A stretch of 45,244 nucleotides of DNA, taken from positions 1-45,244 of the forward strand of contig JBGUEF010000001.1 in assembly GCA_041821485.1 (NCBI GenBank), written 5' to 3'. Made by a program: the position numbers and the translations under genes. Below are positions 37,997-45,244 of this stretch, piece after piece. Numbering within the stretch: position 1 is the first letter of the stretch; the number at the start of each line of letters is the position of its first letter. Source of the DNA: Deltaproteobacteria bacterium. GTDB lineage: Bacteria; Myxococcota_A; Polyangia; Polyangiales; Houyiibacteriaceae. The notes under the pieces were generated by a model that ran no database searches, had not been told where the DNA came from, and saw only the letters and a program-made list of their open reading frames with translations.

Positions 37997-39075
37997 GAAG
38001 GCGATCCGGGCAGCGCCGGGTTCCAGAACAGGGCCACGAAGTAGATGATGAAGACGACGATGAGCGTGACCCCTCGCTTACGTCCGATGTGATTGCGCTC
38101 GTTCAGCGCCATCAACACGAGCAGCAAGGTCACGCCCACCATGATGGGGAAGTCGCGCACGACGACGGAGCGATCCACCGATCCGGGCGCGATGATGCCG
38201 GGCAGCGCGAGCACGCCGAGCAAGTTGAACATGTTGGACCCGACGACATTGCCAACCGCGATGTCCGGCTCTCCGTGCCGCGCCGCGGCGACCGAAGCGG
38301 CCAGCTCGGGAAGGCTGGTTCCGAGCGCCACTAACGTGAGACCCACGATGAGCTCGCTGACCCCGAGGCCGCGCGCCATCCCCACCGCGCCCCAGACCAG
38401 CACCCGGGAGCCAGTCAGGAGAAAGACCAACCCCACCAGGAACGTGGCCACGGCCTTGCCGGTGGGCAGGGAGTCGGGAATCTCCTCGTCCTCGAAGCCG
38501 CCGCTGGGGGTCTCCGTATGTTCTGTCTGCTGCTTGCGGCCCTGCATGCTCATCCAAGCGATCAGAACGAACAGCCCGCAGAGCAAGATGATGCCCTCGA
38601 CCCGGCTCAGCTCTCCATCCCAGAGGAACGCCCAGCCAACTGCCATGCTCAGAAACAGAACCGGAATCTCGCGGATGAGCAGCCTGGAGTGAACGGTCAG
38701 CGGATGAACCAGAGCGGCGGCGCCAAGGACCAGCGTCACATTGGTGATGTTCGAGCCGACGGCGTTCCCGATGCCCATCTCCCGGCTACCGGCCGCCGCG
38801 GCCATACCGGAAACCAGCATCTCCGGCGCCGACGTGCCGAACGCGACGATCGTCAGCCCGATGACGAGGCGGCTGACCCCGAAATTGCTCGCCAGCCCGG
38901 CCGCCCCGTACACGAAACGATCGGCTCCCCAAACCACAGCGACGAAACCCACGATGACCGCGGCAATGGCGTAGAACAGCGTCAGGACGACCTCTTCGGC
39001 GAAACGAGAAACGGCCCAGTTTCGCTCAGGACACGAAGCGCGCAAGCCCAGTGCAGATCGCGCTGGCAAAACCAC
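37993..39075 (-). CDS. calcium/sodium (CaCA, YrbG-type) antiporter
   Basis: Two alpha-repeats: GTSAPEMLVS...GNAVGSNITNV and GTSLPELAAS...GNVVGSNMFNL. About 10 TM segments. The start (GTG at 39075) is uncertain and the first 30 or so aa may not be translated. Confidence 0.85.
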   Translation of the reverse strand: MVLPARSALGLRASCPERNWAVSRFAEEVVLTLFYAIAAVIVGFVAVVWGADRFVYGAAGLASNFGVSRLVIGLTIVAFGTSAPEMLVSGMAAAAGSREMGIGNAVGSNITNVTLVLGAAALVHPLTVHSRLLIREIPVLFLSMAVGWAFLWDGELSRVEGIILLCGLFVLIAWMSMQGRKQQTEHTETPSGGFEDEEIPDSLPTGKAVATFLVGLVFLLTGSRVLVWGAVGMARGLGVSELIVGLTLVALGTSLPELAASVAAARHGEPDIAVGNVVGSNMFNLLGVLALPGIIAPGSVDRSVVVRDFPIMVGVTLLLVLMALNERNHIGRKRGVTLIVVFIIYFVALFWNPALPGSPS

Positions 39076-39117
39076 CCCGCAGGGCGCTATACGTGTCAGA
39101 CCGAAGGAGGGGACAGG

Positions 39118-39879
39118 ATGGGTGAGCGCCTACGGGACAAGGTCGCGATCGTCACAGGGGCAAGCCGCGGGATCGGCGCAGCCATCGCGACCCACATGGC
39201 CGAAGAGGGAGCCAAAGTCGTTCTCGTCTCGCGAAAGATCGAAGGCTTGCAGGCCGTGGCGGACGAGATCCGGGCCCAGGGTGGCGAGGCGGTTCCAATC
39301 GCCTGCCACGCGGGCCGTGCCGACCAACGACAAGACATGCTCGACCAGGCGCTGAAGGCCTACGGCAAAGTCGACGTCCTCGTGAACAACGCCGCGACCA
39401 ACCCGCACTTCGGTCCGATGCTCAGCATCGACGAGCGCGCCTGGGACAAAACTTTCGAGGTCAACGTGAAGGGCTATTTCGGAATGATCCAGCTCGTCGC
39501 AGGCCATTTGCAGCAGCGAAAGGCCAAGGGCTCGATTGTCAACATCGCGAGCGTTGCAGGCAAGATGGCGGCGCCCATGCAGGGCGTGTACGGCATGACC
39601 AAAGCAGCGGTGATTTCGATGACGAAAACGCTGGCCATGGAACTCGGCGGAGTGGGGATCCGAGTCAACGCGATCGCACCCGGGCTGATCGAGACCAAGT
39701 TCGCACAGGTGTTGGTCGACAACGATGCGATTCGATCGAGCGTCGTCGCGCGAACGGCCGCGGGCAGGGTTGGGCAGCCACGAGACATTTCGGGGGGCGC
39801 AGTCTTCTTGGCTTCGGACGAGTCCGATTACCTGACGGGGGATGTCATGACGATCGACGGCGGTTGGACACTCGCATAA
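39118..39879 (+). CDS. short-chain dehydrogenase/reductase (classical SDR)
   Basis: 253 aa. Motifs: TGASRGIG, NNAA, catalytic S...YGMTK, PGLIET. AAGGAGGGG lies upstream of the ATG. Confidence 0.88.
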   Translation: MGERLRDKVAIVTGASRGIGAAIATHMAEEGAKVVLVSRKIEGLQAVADEIRAQGGEAVPIACHAGRADQRQDMLDQALKAYGKVDVLVNNAATNPHFGPMLSIDERAWDKTFEVNVKGYFGMIQLVAGHLQQRKAKGSIVNIASVAGKMAAPMQGVYGMTKAAVISMTKTLAMELGGVGIRVNAIAPGLIETKFAQVLVDNDAIRSSVVARTAAGRVGQPRDISGGAVFLASDESDYLTGDVMTIDGGWTLA

Positions 39880-39892
39880 CCGGGGGCGGCCG

Positions 39893-42800
39893 ATGATCGG
39901 AAAACCGCCACCGCGCCCACCAGGGCCCTCGCGCAAGCTCGACTTGGTCGAACTGCGGATCGCAAACCTGCGCCGCGAGCTCGAAGCAGAAACCGAGCCC
40001 ACGAACCAGGCAGCGCTCCTCTACCAGATCGGGGCGCTCTACGAACACGAGCTCGAACGAGTTTCGGATGCGTTTCAGCACTACGGCCAAGCACACGCCG
40101 CCGCGCCAGGCTTCCAGCCTGCGCTGATCGCCCAGTTGCGCATCGCGGAACGCACCAAGAACGGGCACGACCTGGCTGGGTTGCGATCCAAGCATGTAGC
40201 CACCGCGACGAGCCCCGCCCTCAGCGGCGCGGCGCTCCTCGACTTGGCGATTCACTCCGAGGATTGGGCGTCACTTCTTCGAGAGGCGATCGCACGTTCC
40301 CCAGAGCCGGTCGTTCCTGCGCTCATCCTCGAATGGCTCGCCGAAGCAAGAGGCGACGAGAGCGCCCTGCGCCATGCGTTGCGTACCCAGGCCGAGCATG
40401 CCGAGGACACCAGCCTGCAAGCGGCCCTGTGGATCGACCTGGCATTGGCCGACATCGACGCGGGCGACCCCGACGAGGCGATCGACGCGCTCGAACACGC
40501 CTGCGAATCCGACGCGCTCGCCTGGCAGGCACGGTCGTTGCAGCGCCGGACGGCAAGAGAGCACGGACGCTGGGAGGTGTTCGTTCGCGCGACGGCTTCG
40601 ATGGCGCGCCTACTCGAAGCGGGAGCGGACGAGGCTTCAGACCCTTTGAGCCTTTCGGTCCCCGCTGAGGAACGCGTCCCGATGGCGGCGTTCCTCTGGC
40701 AAGAGGCCGCCACGTGCTGCGTGACGCAGCTCGAAGACGAGGATGCGGCAGCAGGGTACATCGGCTCCGCGCTGCGCCTGTCCCCCGACCAGCGGGCGGC
40801 TCGCTTACAAGCGTTGCTCATCGAAGAACGCCGAGGCGACCAAGCCGGCTTGGAAGAGGCTTCAGGATGGTTTCTCGCCAACGCGCCCGAAGACCCGGCA
40901 TTCATGGCGCACGAGGTGCGACGCGCGCTGTCGGACGAAGACGTCCAGCGTGCGATGGACACGCTCCGCGACGCTGCGGCCCGGTACCCGGCGTCCGACT
41001 ATGCCCAAGCCGCGCTGGACGTGGCGTTGATCCGCGGTGCGGCGCACGCGGAGCGAGCGGAGCGGTTGCGCGCGCGCGGCGAAACCGCCGAGGGAGACGC
41101 GCTCGCGCGACTCGCCTGGCACGCGGCACAACTGACCTCCACCGATCCGTCCGCTTCCACCGAGGCGCAGTCGGTCTACAGCGACGCCAGCAACGCTGCC
41201 ACGACCTCCAAAGCATGGATCCTTCGCGAGGCTCTTGGCGCTGCGCTGACCAGCAAGCAGCCCAGCGAGATCCTACAGCGTTGCGAGGAGCTGATGCAGT
41301 GCGACATCGAGCCCACCGAACGGGCGACGCTCGCCTTCACTCGCTACGACGTGACGCAGAACCTTCTAGGGGCAAGTCCGGAGGCGCAGTTGCTCCTGCG
41401 CGATGGCCTCGGGGACGCGAATAACCACGCCTGGGCCCCGCACCTTGCTCGGGCCCAGGCCGCGTGGGCGGGCAACACCAACCTCTTGGCGCAGGCCCAC
41501 GAATCGATCGCCGGACTCAGCACGGGAGACGCGCAGCTAGGGCACTTGTGCGCTGCGGGGCAGGCCTATGCCCGAAGCCGGGATTGGGAGGCGGCGGAGC
41601 GCGTCCTTCGACAAGCACTGCGTGCTGCCCCCGACGACCGCTACATCGTGACATTGCTCGATGGTGTCTTGCGCGAAGGAGGTCGCCCCGAAGAGGTGGT
41701 GTCCTTGGCGCGCGAACGCTCCCGGAGTGAATCGGGCACCGCCCTGGGCGAGCTGTCGCTTCTTCTCGCCGGGGCAACCGCCGAGCGCAGCAGCAATCTG
41801 ACCGCCGCCCAGCATGCATACGAGCAAGCGCTCTTGGAAGCGCCGGGCTCACCCAGTGCGGCACTCGCCTTGCACGACGTCGCCCGGCGCCAAGACGACA
41901 CGCACGTGAGGCTGCGGGCCTACGCTCAACTCTCGGACGCCAATCTCGGCGGCGGTGTGTCGGAGCTCTACGCCTTGCTTCGGGGCGACGCACTGAGCCC
42001 AGCTCGCGACGCGGATGCAGGCAAGGCTTATGAGCGAGCACTCGACCACCCCGCCACCGCACTTTGCGCGGCGGTCGCTCTGCTTTCGACGCCCACCCGG
42101 CTCACGACCGCCGACCAACGCTCGGTCGCCGAAGAGGCCCTCGCGGACGCCTCGCCTCCGGAACATGCCGATGGATTCGGTGCAGCCTATGGCGCGCTAC
42201 GCGCATCGTTCGGGGACGAGGGCGCTTCGGCGAGCGATGCCTGGCTTCAGCTCGCCGCACTGGCGCCGACCGACGGGCTGCGAGCTGCGGCGCTCCTCCA
42301 GGGCCTGCGCGCCGAGCGCATCGCGCAAGGAGCCGGGGCGACGGATGAGCTCTTCATGCTTGCCCAAGAGGCCGAAGGCCTGGCGCAGCTCTGCCCCGAC
42401 GCCGCGATCGCCATCGACGAAGCGCTGGCGCCCGGCGACGACGCCGAATTCCGCGCCAACGCGCTAGAGGGAAAGCTGCACCACAGTGAAGCGGTCGGAC
42501 GGGGAGCGCTGGACGCCGCGTATTGCCGCGCGCTCGTCGATGCCGACCGGGGCGCCGAAGCGGTCGCGCTGCTCAGCGAGGCGGTCGATGACCGGCCCGA
42601 CGACCTCGCCCTCTGGGAGACACTGCGAACCGCCGCACGCCAGGCCCGGCAGTGGCCATTCGTCGCTCAAGCTTGCGAGCGGCTCGCACCATTCGTCGAA
42701 CGCTCACTGAAGGCCGATCTGTTGGAGGAGGCCGGCGTCGTACGGCTAGACTGCCTCGAGCAGTACCAGCAGGCGGAAGACCTCTTCCGACGCGCGCTCG

Positions 42801-44320
42801 AAGAGGATCCCTCGCGCGACATCGCCTTCCGCCGCCTGCACGACCTGCTCGCGGAGCAAGAAGACGCCGAAGCTCTGGAACAGCTCGTGTCCGACCGGCT
42901 TGCTCTGGACGGACCCAAGGATCGACTGGATCTACTCTATGAACGCGCCCGCCTTCTTCGCGGGTTCAGCGATCGGCCCGGCGCACTCGAGGTGCTCGAT
43001 GAGCTGTTCACTGCAGAACCGGAGCACGCGGGCGCGTTGGCGCTCGCAGCCGAGGTTCACGTGTCGCTCGAGCAATGGGCGGAGGCGGTCGGCTGCCTAC
43101 AGCGTTTATCCAGAGCGAGCATTCCCGAGGAGCAACGCCGAGTCGCCCACCTCGGCGCCGCAGACTTTCTGGAGACGCACCTTGGCCAAAAGGACGCGGC
43201 GCTCGAAGAGCTGCGCGCCGTCGAGGCGCTCGGCCTAGCGGACGCTCAGGTTTGGACGCGCATCGGCGTGCTCGAGTCGGGATTTGACAACCGAGGAGCT
43301 GCGGTCGACGCCTACAGACGCGCACTCGAGGCGGAACCGACACACGCGGTCGCCATCTCCAGCCTGGTCCCGCTTCTGGACGAAGCGGACAAGGGCCCCG
43401 CACTTGCAAGGTACGAGCGCGCGATTTGGGAGCGCATCGACAAAGGCGACCTCGATGGGCCACTCCTCGAAGGCTTGCGCAAGGCTGCAACGTGGAGAGG
43501 AGATACGAAGCGGGCGGGTGCGGCGCGAGCGGTCCAAAGCGCGCTAGGGCTTGCTTCGGCGGCGGACGAGGGCGCCAGCGCCGACCTCGGCAACGTCTCC
43601 GTCGCCGCCGTGTGGGATCCGGATGCCAACCCGATCCTCCAGCAGGTCGTGCTTCGAGCGGGCCCGGCCTTGTCGAAGGATCGTGTTCGCGCGAAGAAGG
43701 CCGCACCGAGCGACCCCATCTATGGTGAGCTCGAGCGACTCTCACGGCGCTTTGGTGCCCGCGTAGGGTCGGTTGGGCTCTCGGATGAGCCGGTGGCGGT
43801 GATCGCCCGGACAGGCCGCGACGGCGAAATCGACTGGGTGCTCTCTCGGAAGGCACAAACTGGTCTCGATGGCGCTGGGCGATTCGTCGCCGGGCGTCTC
43901 GCCTGGGCGGCTCCGCATGGCGCCGCGGCCCTCCTCGAAGACTCGCCTCAGAAGGTGGCGGGCACGCTTGCGGCGATCCTTCGTGCCGCTCGCTGTGAGC
44001 TCGGTCCAAACGACCCCGCCCTACCCGAGCCCGCTCTGCCCGCCGTTGACGTCAAGCTGCGGAGAGCGGTTCGCAAGGCGGTGCACGAGACGGTGGGCGA
44101 CACGAAGCTCGGGCCTTCGTCGTTGCTCGCCTTTGCGCGAAGCCTGCAGCGCAGCGCCGACCGAGCGGGGCTTCTGGCGTCGGGCGACATCGTGGCTGGG
44201 ATCACCACCTTGTTGAACGGCGCGGCCAACGTGGACGCTCTGAGGGCGTCTAGGCGCGGCCTCGACCTTCTTCGATTCTGGCTCGACGCCGAATCCGCTC
44301 TGTGGAGGAACGATGGCTGA
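39893..44320 (+). CDS. very large (1475 aa) all-helical TPR-like repeat protein, function unknown
   Basis: Uninterrupted ORF with strong GC3 bias. Repeated A/L/R/E-rich helix pairs are of TPR type, for example ALLYQIGALYEHELERVSDAFQHYGQAHAAAPGFQPAL and AEDLFRRALEEDPSRDIAFRRL. I do not recognise the C-terminal region of about 330 aa. Confidence 0.7.
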   Translation: MIGKPPPRPPGPSRKLDLVELRIANLRRELEAETEPTNQAALLYQIGALYEHELERVSDAFQHYGQAHAAAPGFQPALIAQLRIAERTKNGHDLAGLRSKHVATATSPALSGAALLDLAIHSEDWASLLREAIARSPEPVVPALILEWLAEARGDESALRHALRTQAEHAEDTSLQAALWIDLALADIDAGDPDEAIDALEHACESDALAWQARSLQRRTAREHGRWEVFVRATASMARLLEAGADEASDPLSLSVPAEERVPMAAFLWQEAATCCVTQLEDEDAAAGYIGSALRLSPDQRAARLQALLIEERRGDQAGLEEASGWFLANAPEDPAFMAHEVRRALSDEDVQRAMDTLRDAAARYPASDYAQAALDVALIRGAAHAERAERLRARGETAEGDALARLAWHAAQLTSTDPSASTEAQSVYSDASNAATTSKAWILREALGAALTSKQPSEILQRCEELMQCDIEPTERATLAFTRYDVTQNLLGASPEAQLLLRDGLGDANNHAWAPHLARAQAAWAGNTNLLAQAHESIAGLSTGDAQLGHLCAAGQAYARSRDWEAAERVLRQALRAAPDDRYIVTLLDGVLREGGRPEEVVSLARERSRSESGTALGELSLLLAGATAERSSNLTAAQHAYEQALLEAPGSPSAALALHDVARRQDDTHVRLRAYAQLSDANLGGGVSELYALLRGDALSPARDADAGKAYERALDHPATALCAAVALLSTPTRLTTADQRSVAEEALADASPPEHADGFGAAYGALRASFGDEGASASDAWLQLAALAPTDGLRAAALLQGLRAERIAQGAGATDELFMLAQEAEGLAQLCPDAAIAIDEALAPGDDAEFRANALEGKLHHSEAVGRGALDAAYCRALVDADRGAEAVALLSEAVDDRPDDLALWETLRTAARQARQWPFVAQACERLAPFVERSLKADLLEEAGVVRLDCLEQYQQAEDLFRRALEEDPSRDIAFRRLHDLLAEQEDAEALEQLVSDRLALDGPKDRLDLLYERARLLRGFSDRPGALEVLDELFTAEPEHAGALALAAEVHVSLEQWAEAVGCLQRLSRASIPEEQRRVAHLGAADFLETHLGQKDAALEELRAVEALGLADAQVWTRIGVLESGFDNRGAAVDAYRRALEAEPTHAVAISSLVPLLDEADKGPALARYERAIWERIDKGDLDGPLLEGLRKAATWRGDTKRAGAARAVQSALGLASAADEGASADLGNVSVAAVWDPDANPILQQVVLRAGPALSKDRVRAKKAAPSDPIYGELERLSRRFGARVGSVGLSDEPVAVIARTGRDGEIDWVLSRKAQTGLDGAGRFVAGRLAWAAPHGAAALLEDSPQKVAGTLAAILRAARCELGPNDPALPEPALPAVDVKLRRAVRKAVHETVGDTKLGPSSLLAFARSLQRSADRAGLLASGDIVAGITTLLNGAANVDALRASRRGLDLLRFWLDAESALWRNDG

Positions 44321-45244
44321 AGACGACCTGTCTCCGGCGAACCGCGAGTCGGATGCTCCTTCGTTCGATTTCGACGAGGATGCAATCTCCACGCTTCTCG
44401 ACACGTTCGTCGAAACGCGAACGGGCCCGCAGGCGAAGCGGGTCAGCCGCCCTTCGGATCCGTCGGACTCCGGAGCGCAGGCCGCGCAACGCACGGTCTT
44501 CCAGCATACATCGCGCCACGAGGCTCTTCCGCTCGTCGGTGACACGCCGGCCACGAAGAGTCGACGCATCGAGCTGCTCGAGGGCCTGGCCGACCGCGCC
44601 GTCGGTTCGGCGCGCGCACGACTGCTCACGTCGGCCGCCGAGCTCCACGAGCAACTGGGACACGACGAGGCCGCCTGGCGCAACTACGAACGGGCCCTGG
44701 AGGCCGACGCCCGGGACGTCGTGGTGCTCCGGGCCCTGCGGCGGCACGCCATGGGGCGCGAAGACTGGACGGCCGCAGCGGAGGCCTTGGAGAAGGAGGC
44801 CGGGCTCGGTCTCAGCGTGGCCGAGCGCGCATCAGCGCTCAAGCTGCTCGCACGCGTTCAGCTCTCGAGGCTCGGTGACCCGGCGGCGGCCGAACAAGCA
44901 GCCGAGCACGCGGCGGAGCTCCAAGGAGACGACTTCGTGGCGCGAGTTTTGACAGCCGCGGCGCGCCTGGCGCGTGGCGACCGAGTGGGCGCGGCGAACG
45001 CTCTCACGGACGCCGCGGAGCGATGGCCTCAGGCCGACGCGCAAGCGGTCATGCTCCTGCACGCCGCAGAGCTCATGGAGAGCGCGGGCGCTTTCGAAGC
45101 TGCCAGGGCCGTGTTTGGCCGCCTTCTCGATCTGCAACCCGGGCTGCTCGCGGCCCACCTCGGTATGATTCGTGCGATGCGTGGCCTTGGCGAGGATGAA
45201 CACGCCGCCGATGCGCTAGGCGCGGCGTCGGAACACGCCTCCAG
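44313..45244 (+). CDS. second TPR-like repeat protein, 3'-partial (runs off window)
   Basis: Not in the ORF track because it has no stop. Own translation from the ATG at 44313: MAEDDLSPANRESDAPSFDFDEDAISTLLDTF...AAELHEQLGHDEAAWRNYERALEADARDVVVLRAL... GC3 is high and the sequence is TPR-like. The start overlaps the upstream stop by 8 nt. Confidence 0.65.
   Translation, partial: MAEDDLSPANRESDAPSFDFDEDAISTLLDTFVETRTGPQAKRVSRPSDPSDSGAQAAQRTVFQHTSRHEALPLVGDTPATKSRRIELLEGLADRAVGSARARLLTSAAELHEQLGHDEAAWRNYERALEADARDVVVLRALRRHAMGREDWTAAAEALEKEAGLGLSVAERASALKLLARVQLSRLGDPAAAEQAAEHAAELQGDDFVARVLTAAARLARGDRVGAANALTDAAERWPQADAQAVMLLHAAELMESAGAFEAARAVFGRLLDLQPGLLAAHLGMIRAMRGLGEDEHAADALGAASEHAS

Noticed and set aside
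1-45244. CRISPR arrays, transposases, integrases, prophage or toxin-antitoxin/defence modules
   Set aside because: No regularly spaced direct repeats and no ORFs with recognisable transposase, integrase, phage or defence-system motifs were seen on either strand. The only repeat family found is the palindromic element reported above.

Overview
45.2 kb of high-GC (about 65%) chromosomal DNA. Gene content suggests a Gram-negative, probably Myxococcota-like bacterium: MlaEF, YajQ, very large TPR proteins and degenerate cyclase/STAND regulators. This taxon call is inference only. The window is densely coded, and most long antisense ORFs in the track are high-GC shadow frames. I call 33 protein genes.

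Genes in order:
- mlaE-mlaF and alr (-)
- glutamine cyclotransferase (+)
- an orphan beta-class DNA methyltransferase (-)
- thiS-thiG-thiE, a signal-peptidase-I homologue lacking both catalytic residues, then purQ (frameshifted) and purL (+)
- a minus-strand string: NAD-epimerase, hypothetical/TPR protein, glpK, UPF0158-like protein, smc, APC permease
- a cyclase-like/P-loop-like/TPR protein with degenerate motifs (+)
- pheA, yajQ and a PrpR/RamB (ScfR)-type regulator (-)
- divergent from that regulator, an ethylmalonyl-CoA pathway operon ecm-meaB-ccr-mcd (+)
- directly after it, an ArnT/PMT-like GT-C membrane protein and two membrane-anchored LtaS/EptA-like phosphotransferases
- a DUF938 methyltransferase, a CaCA antiporter and an SDR
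- two translationally coupled giant TPR-like proteins; the second runs off the window

No rRNA, tRNA, CRISPR array, transposase or integrase was recognised.

The most unusual signal is a 66-nt, 44% GC, near-perfect palindromic repeat at 32076-32141. It consists of two inverted terminator-like hairpins around GGGTTAACCC and is inserted in-frame (22 codons) in the GT-C gene. It is open in 4 of 6 frames. A related single-hairpin copy acts as the likely mlaF terminator at 275-306. An abrupt flip of G/C skew and synonymous codon choice occurs exactly at the element.

Other points worth follow-up:
- a +1 insertion that breaks purQ and fuses its frame to purL
- the Ser/Lys-less signal peptidase homologue
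- the PrpR-type regulator paired with the ethylmalonyl-CoA operon
- the pseudo-cyclase/pseudo-P-loop protein
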